A stretch of DNA of 64,000 bases, taken from assembly GCA_963765895.1 (NCBI GenBank), contig CAVXZB010000064.1, positions 1-64,000 of the forward strand, written 5' to 3'. The translations under genes were made by a program, and so were the position numbers. Under the pieces are notes generated by a model. That model did no database searches, was not told where the DNA came from, and was given only the letters and a program-made list of their open reading frames with translations. Positions 1 to 10,959 of the stretch are shown piece after piece. Within the stretch, counting starts at the first letter, position 1, and every line of letters begins with the position of its first letter. This DNA is from an uncultured Nitrososphaeraceae archaeon (GTDB lineage Archaea > Thermoproteota > Nitrososphaeria > Nitrososphaerales > Nitrososphaeraceae).

Positions 1-65
1 GAATCGTATTTATACTACTATGACCACTTTGGATTGTGTTACGCACTATTTTAAATTCAGATAAC

Positions 66-3000
66 ATGCGCCTATTTGTGGTTCTATTGATCTCTATTGT
101 TGTTATTTCAAGTATTCTACCTTTAGGTAGTTATGATTTAGTGTCTGCCAAAAGCAAAAAAAAAGTAAGGGAAAGTCCTGACACTTCAGACACCTCATCC
201 AAGGGCGTTACCAATGAAGATAATACCTCTTCTCAGCAGCCTAATACTGATAATGGCATCTCGGAACAATCACCTAGGTCTAATCCAGGTGAGCAACAAT
301 CCTCATCGCAGAACCTCCAGACAGGATTAAACGCTACTACTCCCGAACAACCGTCTTCATCCGAAACCACAGATTCTGGATCATCCCCAGCCTTCGTGCC
401 CCAGCCACCAAACTCATCTGAAAACAACGCACAACCTAGCTCATCTGAAAACAACGCACAACCTAGCTCATCTGAAAACAACGCACAACCTAGCTCATCT
501 GAAAACAACAACACCTCTGGATCATCCCCAGCCTTCGTGCCCCAGCCACCAAACTCATCTGAAAACAACGCACAACCTAGCTCATCTGAAAACAACGCAC
601 AACCTAGCTCATCTGAAAACAACGCACAACCTAGCTCATCTGAAAACAACAACACCTCTGGATCATCCCCAGCCTTCGTGCCCCAGCCACCAAACTCATC
701 TGAAAACAACGCACAACCTAGCTCATCTGAAAACAACGCACAACCTAGCTCATCTGAAAACAACAACACCTCTGGATCATCCCCAGCCTTCGTGCCCCAG
801 CCACCAAACTCATCTGAAAACAACGCACAACCTAGCTCATCTGAAAACAACGCACAACCTAGCTCATCTGAAAACAACAACACCTCTGGAACATCCCCAG
901 CCTTCGTGCCCCAGCCACCAAACTCATCTGAAAACAACGCACAACCTAGCTCATCTGAAAACAACGCACAACCTAGCTCATCTGAAAACAACAACACCTC
1001 TGGATCATCCCCAGCCTTCGTGCCCCAGCCACCAAACTCATCTGAAAACAACGCACAACCTAGCTCATCTGAAAACAACAACACCTCTGGATCATCCCCA
1101 GCCTTCGTGCCCCAGCCACCAAACTCATCTGAAAACAACGCACAACCTAGCTCATCTGAAAACAACGCACAACCTAGCTCATCTGAAAACAACAACACCT
1201 CTGGAACATCCCCAGCCTTCGTGCCCCAGCCACCAAACTCATCTGAAAACAACGCAACCTCTGCGCAACAATCAGCTACGCAAGGTAATGCTCCAGCGTC
1301 ATCTGCTCCTATAGAGCAAGGTGGACAAGAGTTCTCGACCAACAAAACACAAACCAAGCAAAGTGCATTACAGCCATTAATTGAGAACATAGTCCCCTCC
1401 GGGCAAGTTAAATCGGACATCGCATCAGTTGCAGCGTCGAAGGCAGCTGATGCTCCAGCTTCTGGAGCGACACCTGCTGAGGTTGGAACCTCTGCTGCTT
1501 CTTCTCTGATTGCGGCCGGAACTCCCTCAAAGACCGCTGCTGGAATAGCAGCCGCCACTGCTGCTACTGCATCTGGGGCACCTAAGGAAGCGGCAGCAGC
1601 TGCGGCAGCAGCTGCGGCAGCAGCAGCATCGAAGGGTGCCTCAGCTGAAGACATAGCATCAGCTGCAGCAGCAGCTGCAGCATCAAATGGTGCAACTCCG
1701 GCTGCTGCTGCGGCAGCAGCAGCAGCAGCATCAGCAGGCACGACAGCGGCAGGCTGCTTCAGCAGCGGCCTCCTCCGCTGGTGCCTCTTCGGCCGCCGCT
1801 TCAGCTGCCGCTTCTGCGGCGGGCTCGGCCGCAGCTAGTGGTGCATCAGCCGCGGGAATCGCGGCCGCCGCGGCCGCCGCAGCCGCATCTTCTGGTGCCT
1901 CTTCTGGTGCCTCTGCGGCCTCAGCAGCAGCAGCCGCCGCATCTTCCGCCGGAGCATCACCTACAGCGAGCAGCCGCAGCCTCTTCAGCCGCATCTAAAG
2001 CCGCAGCTAGTGGTGCATCACCTTCTGCTGTAGCAGCCGCCGCATCAGCCGCCGCCGCATCCAACGGCGCTTCACCAGTTGCAGCAGCAGCAGCAGCAGC
2101 AGCAGCCGCTGGCGGAGCTGCAGCCGCCTCGGCAGCAGCAGCAGCCACATCATCTGGTGGTTCCCCAGCTGCTGCTTCTGCAGCAGGAGCAGCAGCCGCC
2201 GAATCAATTGCGAGTGGCTCCTCGACTGGTGATATTGCAGCCGCAGCCGCAGCCGCAGCTTCCTCGAAAGGAGCGTCGCCGGCCGCAGCAGCCGCAGCTG
2301 CAGCCGCAGCTGCAGCAACCAGTTCAGGTGCTTCATCAAGTGTAGCAGCCGGCAGCCGGATCAGTTGCTGCAGCTGGCAGCAGCTGCAGCAACTGGAGGG
2401 CCTGCTTCTAGTGCTGCAGCCGCATCTGCTGGAGCAAGTGCCTCTGGTCTATCACCCAAAACGGCGGGAACGACAGCAGCCGCAGCGGCAGGCAGCAGCC
2501 TCGTCTGCCGGATCTTCAAGTTCGGCAGGAGGTGCAGCCGCAGCAGCCGCAGCAGCCGCCGCAGCCAGTGGCGGTTCGGTAACTGAAGTGGCCTCAGCCG
2601 CAGCAGCCGCCGCCTCATCCGCTGGAGCTTCAGTAGTGGAGCATCCTCTGTTGCTGCAGGAACTGCTGCAGCCACAGCCGCCTCATCCGCTGGAGCTTCA
2701 GCCGCAGCATCAGCCGCAGCATCAGCCGCAGCATCAGCCGCAGCATCAAGCAGTGCTTCTTGCGGAAAGATTGGGCGGCAGCCTCCTCTGCAGCATCAGC
2801 AGCCGGAGCTGGCCCCAACGCAGCAGCAGCTGCTGCAGCAGCTTCAGCTAGTGCTACGTGTATTTACCGAGTAAAGTATGTTCAGAATGTTATTGTTACA
2901 AATGAACCAAGTACAGTTACCAAAAGAGTGCAAACGATATCACCTTCTACATATGTCGATTTGGAGACAATAAAGCTAGGTAATAGATTCCAGAGTAATG

Positions 3001-3341
3001 CATTGTTACCACTTTCAGACACGAACCCGTTCCATATTGTAGGTGGCCATATATCGCTCAATTCGCCCAGCGGTAAATTGAAAATAATAGCTGCCACTAT
3101 AACAAATAATGGTGTTCAACACGCCGTAGTATTGGATTTGAAGAAGACTCTGGGCAATACAAATACAGGTGACGCATTGTATCACACCGATCTTGGACAG
3201 GTAATAAGTGGGACTAACCCGTTTACTAAAAGACATGATACAGTTTCCCAAATTACTGACATATTGCTATGGAATAACGGCAGATCTCAAATAATATTTG
3301 GAGACAACAGCGCAGTAACTCAAACTATAATTTTCAAATAA
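66..3341 (+). CDS. Large secreted/surface protein: signal peptide, Ser/Asn/Pro tandem repeats, poly-Ala region, globular C-terminal domain (several frameshifts; about 1,090 aa when joined)
   Basis: ORFs 36-1838, 1687-1998, 1781-2851, 2365-2586 and 2760-3341 each carry part of one continuous Ala/Ser-rich text; hydrophobic N-terminus MRLFVVLLISIVVISSILPLG; frame changes lie in GC-rich gca/gcc runs. Confidence 0.75.
375..1252 (+). repeat. Compound coding tandem repeat: 8 copies of a 60-nt unit (NTSGSSPAFVPQPPNSSENN) interleaved with 15 copies of a 27-nt unit (AQPSSSENN)
   Basis: Read directly; order B-A3-B-A3-B-A2-B-A2-B-A2-B-A1-B-A2-B; copies nearly identical at DNA level. Confidence 0.95.
1430..2860 (+). 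repeat. Degenerate poly-Ala/GASP repeat region (GC-rich, low complexity)
   Basis: Recurring (S/K/N)GA(S/T)P turn followed by long Ala runs; gca/gcc/gct codon runs. Confidence 0.85.
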
Positions 3342-3581
3342 ACATATTGACTCGTTCCCTATTTCCTTCTTTTTTGATATTCACTAGTTGTTTTAACTTG
3401 TGAGCCTCATATCACTCTAATAGCAATACAACGAATTAACGGTGATAGGTTCCAGTTAATGACGTCCCTATAACCGTGATAATCGGTTTATTGAAAAAAC
3501 CCTTGCTGCCAGCAAATTATCATGTATGGATGATGGCAATATACTCGTCTCAAAATAAGACCTTATAATACAACGAATTAT

Positions 3582-4385
3582 TCACTTCTTTGTTATCATA
3601 CTTGATAAGTCTATATTATAAAAAGTCTTCAGTATGCCAATATATGCTTCTACAGGCGGCGGAATTTCCTCCTCACAGGCGACTCCTGAATTCCAAGCAT
3701 TTATCCAGATGACCATACATTGAAATATATTTACAAATCTGAGATATTTCTCCTCAACTGATTCCAAGTTATGAATATATCTCTCTGCAAGATACCAAGA
3801 GGAGGTGAAGTCAATGCACGGACTTCCGCAGATTGCAGTAACTTGTTCAGCAACTCCCTGTGCATATTTGAATGGCTTTTGACATAACATGAAAGGAAAT
3901 TCAGTTTTGGAAGGGATCATTAGATCTGGAGGAGACCAAATAGTTAATACTCGAACACCATCTCTTAATTCCCTTTCAAATTTTCTTATCATCAGTTTGA
4001 TTAATTTGTCATCGGTAAACCAAAAGAAGATGACTGTTGCGTCTGACAAGTTGGTCTTTTTAAAGTCTTCATTTATTATTTGAGCATTTTTCAGATTTTT
4101 GATTTTTTCTCGAGCAACCTTTGCCGTTTCTTTGTTTATTTCTATACCGATCGATTTTCTAACTTTAAATTCAGTACAAGCTATTCGAATGCTTTCACTG
4201 GATCCACATCCCAAATGGTAGAAAATATCTGAATTACTAAGGCCAGCGAAATCAAACATTCTTCTTATAGGTCCAGAAGGAAGAGTAATATCATCACCAT
4301 TAAGAACAGATGGTGGTAATGAGGACAAAAATTTCTTGATGCGCAACAAGCTTTTGAATCTATCTGACGTATAAATATTAAACAC
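3582..4385 (-). CDS. SAM-dependent methyltransferase (DOT1/aKMT-like) with C-terminal extension
   Basis: Motif I FYHLGCG, GIEIN, EDF..NLSDATVIFFW; true start may be about 40 nt downstream. Confidence 0.75.
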   Translation of the reverse strand: MFNIYTSDRFKSLLRIKKFLSSLPPSVLNGDDITLPSGPIRRMFDFAGLSNSDIFYHLGCGSSESIRIACTEFKVRKSIGIEINKETAKVAREKIKNLKNAQIINEDFKKTNLSDATVIFFWFTDDKLIKLMIRKFERELRDGVRVLTIWSPPDLMIPSKTEFPFMLCQKPFKYAQGVAEQVTAICGSPCIDFTSSWYLAERYIHNLESVEEKYLRFVNIFQCMVIWINAWNSGVACEEEIPPPVEAYIGILKTFYNIDLSSMITKK

Positions 4386-4606
4386 TCTTCTCTTATTCTT
4401 TTGGCCCTAACATCATGCAAGTATGGACCTTCGCCACATATCGACAACGTAGAGAAAGCACCTAAAAAATGACCTATCGAATTGGTATTGCTGGAGATTG
4501 AGATTAATGAACTCTTACGGTCAAGTCGGCAACTAGGAACCAGATTAGGCTGAACAGAATAGGATAGACCATCTCTTAGGCCAAGTATCCTATAATGTAC
4601 TTCCAA
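4265..4606 (-). CDS. Hypothetical protein (3' end uncertain, overlaps methyltransferase)
   Basis: ORF preceded by TATA-like element near 4630; no recognisable motif. Confidence 0.35.
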   Translation of the reverse strand: MEVHYRILGLRDGLSYSVQPNLVPSCRLDRKSSLISISSNTNSIGHFLGAFSTLSICGEGPYLHDVRAKRIREECLIFIRQIDSKACCASRNFCPHYHHLFLMVMILLFLLDL

Positions 4607-4762
4607 TGGCTAGTCGTTACTGGATATTTTTATACCTGTCAACAATTTCAAAATTCAAATAGATATATATCATTCAGAATGTCATTATCTAGGTATAGCA
4701 TTGTTTGAATCCATGACGATCAGTGCTGGTTGGAGTACTACGAGACTGTTATTCAGTGAATC

Positions 4763-5533
4763 GTGCAAACCAAGCATTGGGATGCGTATGAGGGGGGATT
4801 CGGGTTCAATATAATAGAAGTCGACAATTTGTTTTGTAGCTTTGGTCCTATTAGCGTCTTAGAAGATGTTTCGTTCAAAGTAGTGGAAGGAGATATTCTA
4901 GGACTAATTGGTCCAAATGGTGCAGGCAAAACTACCTTATTTTCATCTATACTAGGGTTATTGCCAGACTATCATGGCGTCATTAAAATATTTGGCAAAG
5001 ATATTAGAAAAAATAAATCACTGCTAAAGGATATCGGCTATATACAACAAAAAAGAGCAATCGATTCTAATTTTCCTGCAACCGTAGAGGAAATAGTATC
5101 TTTAGGCATTTCACGACAGCCATCAAAAGAAAGGGTTTCGTCGGCACTTAGATTAGTTGGTTTGTATGATCAAAGAAAAAGGCGGATCGGCGAATTATCA
5201 GGGGGACAGCAACAGAGATCACTTATTGCAAAAGCATTTGTTAACAACCCCAGACTATTGATACTAGATGAACCGGCAACGGGAATAGATCAAGATTCTC
5301 AGAATAGGTTTCACGACATTCTTAAGGAACTGAATATGCGCAATAAGATTACCATTATTTGGGCATCTCATGATCTAGACTCGGTGATAAAACTTGCCAA
5401 CAAAGTAGCCTGTCTTAATCGTAAGATGTTCTTTCATGGAAATACCAATGAGTTCATCGAAAACGCAGATGCGCTAAGAGCATACTCGGAATCAACTATG
5501 CAGTTGCATATGCAAAAGCACGACCACAAATGA
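4763..5533 (+). CDS. Metal (Zn/Mn) ABC transporter ATP-binding protein, ZnuC-like
   Basis: Walker A GPNGAGKT, signature LSGGQQQR, Walker B LLILDEP, SHD switch, His-rich C-terminus. Confidence 0.9.
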   Translation: MQTKHWDAYEGGFGFNIIEVDNLFCSFGPISVLEDVSFKVVEGDILGLIGPNGAGKTTLFSSILGLLPDYHGVIKIFGKDIRKNKSLLKDIGYIQQKRAIDSNFPATVEEIVSLGISRQPSKERVSSALRLVGLYDQRKRRIGELSGGQQQRSLIAKAFVNNPRLLILDEPATGIDQDSQNRFHDILKELNMRNKITIIWASHDLDSVIKLANKVACLNRKMFFHGNTNEFIENADALRAYSESTMQLHMQKHDHK

Positions 5534-5717
5534 TAAAGAGGCGCAGGATGTTAGTTTGTGCATCAGGTACTAAATTGCTGGCTTTGTGTTTAAAGCCTGC
5601 TGATCAATATAGTTATAGACTGACAACAGTATTCTAACACTTGAGGCTAGTGATAAATAATTAACGGCCATCAAATTAAGATTAAATACTTTCTAGCAGT
5701 AATGTTTGACCCACCTC

Positions 5718-6275
5718 TTATTTTTTAGAGTATTGCTCCCAATAACAAAGAATAGAGGCTAGGGTTTTTGAATCGACGATCTCTCCGTTCAACGCTTTTT
5801 TAACAGCATCAGCAATTTTTAATTTCTTTACTATGATTCTTTCGTCGTCATCAGCAATTGCTTTTTCGATCTTTAAATCCCTTGCGATGAAAACGTACAT
5901 TAGTTCGGTATCATAGCCAGGTGCTAAGTAAAGCTGAATAAATGGAAGTACATTCCCAGAATGCCCAATCTCTTCGGTCATCTCTCTAACGGCTGCCTGT
6001 TCAGGCGATTCACCTCTCTCAATTTTTCCTGCAGGGATTTCTAATATGGTTTTTCCAATAGCATGACGATATTGCAGGACCAAAAATATCTCGTTAGTGT
6101 CAGTAAGAGGAATTATGCCTACTGAGGCCGAGTGTTCGACTATCTCTTCGTTAATTATTTTTTGATTGTAGATCAATTTATCAAGTCTAACACTAACATC
6201 CCCGGAGTATACCCTCTTCGATTCTACGATGCTAATATCATCAGACAAACCTTGATTCTTAATTGGTATGGTCAT
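5718..6275 (-). CDS. NUDIX hydrolase (ADP-ribose pyrophosphatase family)
   Basis: Nudix box GKIERGESPEQAAVREMTEEIG; QYRH, DDDERI and IVDSKT motifs. Confidence 0.9.
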   Translation of the reverse strand: MTIPIKNQGLSDDISIVESKRVYSGDVSVRLDKLIYNQKIINEEIVEHSASVGIIPLTDTNEIFLVLQYRHAIGKTILEIPAGKIERGESPEQAAVREMTEEIGHSGNVLPFIQLYLAPGYDTELMYVFIARDLKIEKAIADDDERIIVKKLKIADAVKKALNGEIVDSKTLASILCYWEQYSKK

Positions 6276-6576
6276 ATCAGACTAGTGCTTAGGTTGTATA
6301 TTTTTGGTTTTGTCCATACCATCATCAGAATATGCAGTTTATATGACTGAGCTAGAGGCTTAAAGCTTCATATCGTGCCAATGCCAATGATGTTCCAATA
6401 GTCTGCTTTTGAAGGTAATCATGCTTGCTATTCGAGAATGGCCCCCATCTTCTAAAAACAAGTCGATTATAAGGTGAATCAGAGATATTGTGCAGAGATA
6501 AATATTGGTACGATTTGAAACGATGTTTCACAATTACTAATGCCGAGATAACGAGCTTCAAATAGATGCTTTAGTT

Positions 6577-6990
6577 TTGCCTTTTCTTGGGCAGTCTGGT
6601 TATACCCATTATCTAAGTACAAAAAACGAGCCTTATGGAACGGTTAATTTTATATTCAGTGCTCCCCCATTTTTCACCGTGGATTTCATTGATGAAGATG
6701 GAAATTTACTGGTACCCAAAATGATTAGACCAATTATAGAGTATGACGAAACTCGGCTAGGAGCCAGTAAGGGTGCAATACGACAATATCGGCATCAAAA
6801 TTTGCACGTGAGGGAGTATCCTGATCATTATTCTGTTCACATAGATCGGATCGATCCCCGAACAGACCCCCTTGGACACTTGTTAGTAGACGCCCCAGAG
6901 TATTTGACCGCTTTAGCAATCATGCTATCCTGTTTGAAGAATGCAAAAAATTTAACTCACATTATCCATCACGGACGAAATCTTACTTGA
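6577..6990 (+). CDS. Conserved archaeal hypothetical protein
   Basis: Protein-like ORF with RQYR..LHVREY..HIDRIDP..DPLGHL pattern; real start probably internal. Confidence 0.65.
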   Translation: MPFLGQSGYTHYLSTKNEPYGTVNFIFSAPPFFTVDFIDEDGNLLVPKMIRPIIEYDETRLGASKGAIRQYRHQNLHVREYPDHYSVHIDRIDPRTDPLGHLLVDAPEYLTALAIMLSCLKNAKNLTHIIHHGRNLT

Positions 6991-7054
6991 TCGACACTTT
7001 GTTAACTTGTCATATTTGCGATTTACAGGATAATTAGTTACTCCCGCACAGGAC

Positions 7055-8701
7055 TTGATTTATATGGAAAAAAACACATCTAATCCAGAAGTAATTCAAA
7101 GTGAAACAAAGTTTAGATCTGGCGAAAATACCGAACGAAAAGTTTCGGGATTTTATATATTCATAATTATCCTGCGATTGTTGCCAGTTATTATCAATTT
7201 CAGAAAAGACAGACGTAATTGGGTGAAAACTCAAGGTAGAGGCATTGATGAAGAAAGATACATTAAACATGCGCGACGAGCTCTGAAGACTTTCATTGAT
7301 CTTGGTCCATCCTATATCAAATTGGGTCAATGGCTCTCGACTAGGGCCGATATTTTACCTCAGCCATATTTAGAGATTTTATCCAAGTTGCAAGACGAGG
7401 TCCCGCCAGTTGAATTTTCTAAGGTAAGGCCGATTATAGAAGCCGATCTGGGCAATATTGATATGAGATATGAACAATTTAGTACAACTGCTCTTTCTGG
7501 GGCAAGTCTAGGACAAGTACATTTAGCAAAATATAAAGGAAAACAAGTTATCGTAAAAGTCACAAGACCAGGCATTGAAGACACAGTCGGAAAGGATATC
7601 TATATCTTAAAAAGAATCTTGCCGCTTGCTAGTCGGTTTATTGATCCTAATCTGCGATTTTCGTTTGATGCTATGCTGGCACAATTTATTGAGACGATAT
7701 ATGAAGAGATGGATTACAGAGTCGAGGCCAAGAACCTGGCTACAATCAAGCACAATTTACGAAGCGACAGACAGATAATTATCCCAAATGTCGTGCCTGA
7801 ATTGACTTCGAAACATGTGATTACAATGGAATTCGTACCAGGCATAAAGATTACCGACGTAGAATCCTTGGATGCAATAGGGATTGACAGGGAGAAATTA
7901 ATTGTTAGAGTTCACCATGTTTTTTTCAAGATGTTACTGCGCCACAGTATCTTCCATGCTGATCCCCATCCTGGTAACATATCTGTCGGAGAAAATGGAG
8001 AACTGATTCTCTATGACTTTGGAATGGTCGGTAGACTAGATAGCGAAACCCGTCTAAAGCTTATAAGACTGTATCTTAGTTTGATAGAAAAAGACCCTGT
8101 ACGGGCTGTCAACATCCTAGTGGAACTTGATACTCTTGAACCCAATGTCAATCGATATATAGTTGAGAAAGCGCTTGAATTGAGCATTAGATCAATTCAC
8201 GGTAAAGAGGTCGATAAAATGCAGGTGAACGCCCTGATGGAGCTATCCAACAAGACCTTAACTAGATTTCCATTTAGATTGCCGAAGAACTTGGCTTTGT
8301 ATATGCGGATGGGTTCAATCTTGGAAGGAATATATCAGCACCACAAAATTAGGTTTTATTTTGTAAAGGTTCTTGCCAATCTATTCGAAGAAGAAGGACT
8401 TCTTAAGGAGGCGTACATCGAAGAGGCAAAGGACTATATGAAAAGATTTGCGAAGGGCATTGAGACATATTCTACAATGGCACCTATTGTAAAGACCTAT
8501 CTTGAACAACGCCAAATATCTGATGGAACAAAATCAGAAAAGAGCTATTCTGTACTAGGATCTGCTATCTTTGCCTCGGCTCTGTTCTTAGGATCTACTG
8601 TTATCTTAACGAATAACCCAACAATAGGTTATTGTGGTATCATTGCTTCACTATTTGTATATACTATCCCAATCATTGTACATTTCAAGAAAAAACTATG
8701 A
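7055..8701 (+). CDS. ABC1/UbiB (AarF) family atypical kinase
   Basis: LGPSYIKLGQ (KxGQ), ASLGQVH, HADPHPGN, LYDFGMVG; C-terminal TM helices. Confidence 0.92.
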   Translation: MIYMEKNTSNPEVIQSETKFRSGENTERKVSGFYIFIIILRLLPVIINFRKDRRNWVKTQGRGIDEERYIKHARRALKTFIDLGPSYIKLGQWLSTRADILPQPYLEILSKLQDEVPPVEFSKVRPIIEADLGNIDMRYEQFSTTALSGASLGQVHLAKYKGKQVIVKVTRPGIEDTVGKDIYILKRILPLASRFIDPNLRFSFDAMLAQFIETIYEEMDYRVEAKNLATIKHNLRSDRQIIIPNVVPELTSKHVITMEFVPGIKITDVESLDAIGIDREKLIVRVHHVFFKMLLRHSIFHADPHPGNISVGENGELILYDFGMVGRLDSETRLKLIRLYLSLIEKDPVRAVNILVELDTLEPNVNRYIVEKALELSIRSIHGKEVDKMQVNALMELSNKTLTRFPFRLPKNLALYMRMGSILEGIYQHHKIRFYFVKVLANLFEEEGLLKEAYIEEAKDYMKRFAKGIETYSTMAPIVKTYLEQRQISDGTKSEKSYSVLGSAIFASALFLGSTVILTNNPTIGYCGIIASLFVYTIPIIVHFKKKL

Positions 8702-9088
8702 TCAGCTTACGGGTATAATACTTGATTTTGGCATGGGAATTCTCAAACTTACCACACCATCGACATATTTCGCCATTCCTGTGGCTTCGTCGCCGTCCTC
8801 TAAAGATATGGGCAAAGCAACTTTCTTGCTTATCTGGGTCGGCCTATGTTTGAAATAAACTGTACCCATGGGATCCTCTACCTCTCTTTTCGCGTTAATC
8901 GAAAGCACATTCTTTACGATTCTCAATTTAATGTCATTTTTTGAGAAGCCAGGTAAGTCAATCAATACTACCAATTCGTTCCCATCTTCAAATATATCGA
9001 TAGCCGGCAGAACAAATTCGTAAAATTCCCTAGATCTATTACCTATTTCCTTCATCATCTCTTTAGCCATATAATGCGCAATACCCAT
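8702..9088 (-). CDS. Small heat shock protein (Hsp20/alpha-crystallin)
   Basis: DIFEDGNELVVLIDLPG ... AKYVDGVVSLRIP. Confidence 0.9.
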   Translation of the reverse strand: MGIAHYMAKEMMKEIGNRSREFYEFVLPAIDIFEDGNELVVLIDLPGFSKNDIKLRIVKNVLSINAKREVEDPMGTVYFKHRPTQISKKVALPISLEDGDEATGMAKYVDGVVSLRIPMPKSSIIPVS

Positions 9089-9193
9089 ATAGATGAAGAC
9101 CGTGCTAAAGATATAAATCCTTTCTCAATTGTGCTCAAGTATTCAAATGGCGCTCTAAACAGTTAAAACGGAAGAAAGGCGAAAATCATTCGA

Positions 9194-10699
9194 TTGTCCT
9201 GGGACGTAAATCGATTGAATCTAGAGCTTGACTCTTTTATCAATTCTAAAATGCACAATGTTATTACCGACTTACAACAACTTATAAGACAACCAAGCGT
9301 GTCAGCGCGGCACGAGGGTCTTGAAGAATGCGCGCATCTTGTATGCGACATTATGAGTCGAGCGGGGATTACTGCTGAAGTATTATACCTACGTAAACCT
9401 CCCCTATCACAAACGAATCTTAAATCGAACAAGTACGGAAATACTTGCGATAGCCTCAATTCCCCCTTTAATGATAACAAGACATATTACAGAGAAATAG
9501 AACAGATGTCTGGCCTTGATAATGTTCCTCCGATAGTGTATGGTGAAGTTAAATCTAAATCAAATCCTGATGGTAAAACCATATTGTTCTATAACCACTA
9601 TGATGTTCAGCCTGAAGAACCATTAGATTTGTGGGACAAGGCGGATCCATTTAGCGGTAGCATCGAAGGCAACTATATATTCGGGAGAGGCTCTTCAGAC
9701 GATAAAGGCGAGCTAATTACTCGAATCAAGGCCGTAGAATTTTACCTAGAACAGTTCGGAGACGTGCCATGCAATATAAAATTTATCGTCGAAGATGAGG
9801 AAGAGATTGGGAGTCCTCATATTGACCAATACATTTCTAATCACAGAAATAAACTGGCATGTGATTGCGTGATTTGGGAATTCGGATATATAAATGAACA
9901 AGGCATTCCCATTTTGAGCCTTGGAGTGAAGGGTTTACTCTTTGTAGAAATGAAATGTCAGACTCTTTCTCGAGATGCCCATTCTAGTTTGGCGGCTATT
10001 CTGGAAAACCCAGCATGGCTACTCATTAGAGCACTTAATACATTAAGAGATGGGACTGGAAAGATCCTGATTAAGGACTGGTACAAGGAAGTCAAGAAAT
10101 TTACGGAGCAAGAGGAGCTTTTGATTTCTGAAGAGCCCTTTAGCGAGGGGGAATTTAAGAAACACTATGGCATTGACAGATTTCTAATTGATAGGAGGAA
10201 AGGTGGGGAGTCTAAAGCCTTAGTGGGTCAAGCTACATGTAACTTAGCAGGACTAGTCGCAGGATATGCTGGAAATGTACCTAGCAATATCGTGCCTGAA
10301 TCGGCAACAGCCAAACTAGATTTTAGACTGGTACCTGAGATGGACCCTAAAATTCAGTTTAATAGACTCGTTGATCACCTCAATGAACATGGCTTTAATG
10401 AAATTATTTCAACAAAGTTCATTCACGGTGTTCGCGCTGCGAGAACTGATCCCAACCATTCTTTTGTAACACAGGTCCAAGATTCTGCCAAAGAGATATT
10501 TGGGGATGCGATTTTAAGTGTCTCATCTGCAGGAACAGGACCAATGTATTTATTTCATGAAATATTAAAATCGCCGTGCATATCAGTCGGCTGTACCTAT
10601 GTCTATTCAAGAATTCATTCTCCCAATGAGTTTGCCAGAATAGATTTTCTAAACAAGACCATAAAATGTATAACTCGATTAATGCAAAGAGCAAAGTGA
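9194..10699 (+). CDS. M20/DapE-ArgE family metallopeptidase
   Basis: YNHYDVQP, GRGSSDDKG, EEEIGS, HSPNE motifs; about 40-aa insertion near the N-terminus. Confidence 0.9.
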   Translation: MSWDVNRLNLELDSFINSKMHNVITDLQQLIRQPSVSARHEGLEECAHLVCDIMSRAGITAEVLYLRKPPLSQTNLKSNKYGNTCDSLNSPFNDNKTYYREIEQMSGLDNVPPIVYGEVKSKSNPDGKTILFYNHYDVQPEEPLDLWDKADPFSGSIEGNYIFGRGSSDDKGELITRIKAVEFYLEQFGDVPCNIKFIVEDEEEIGSPHIDQYISNHRNKLACDCVIWEFGYINEQGIPILSLGVKGLLFVEMKCQTLSRDAHSSLAAILENPAWLLIRALNTLRDGTGKILIKDWYKEVKKFTEQEELLISEEPFSEGEFKKHYGIDRFLIDRRKGGESKALVGQATCNLAGLVAGYAGNVPSNIVPESATAKLDFRLVPEMDPKIQFNRLVDHLNEHGFNEIISTKFIHGVRAARTDPNHSFVTQVQDSAKEIFGDAILSVSSAGTGPMYLFHEILKSPCISVGCTYVYSRIHSPNEFARIDFLNKTIKCITRLMQRAK

Positions 10700-10959
10700 C
10701 AAAATAGAATTGCTTTTTGCAAAAAAAGTGAAGTGCAGACCAAAAGAAAAGAAGAATTGAAGCCAGGGGCTGCTAAGCCCTAAGTTCTGGGTTAAGATAG
10801 TTTATCAAGACTTGCTATGCAAGAGCGAGGTTAGAGTCCAGACTACCAAGAATATCCGCTGGATTCTAATACATAATAAATTTCCTAATAAGCGCTGTGG
10901 AGTTTAACCTGTGTCAAGCGCAAAGTACTTATAAAATATGCCTTCATAAGCATTCTAAC

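Noticed and set aside
375-1252. Possible CRISPR array
   Set aside because: No unique spacers; unit lengths are multiples of 3 and lie in-frame in a CDS; no cas genes
233-2818. Long antisense and alternative-frame ORFs (e.g. 233-1741 minus)
   Set aside because: Shadow ORFs caused by stop-poor repeats of the plus-strand gene
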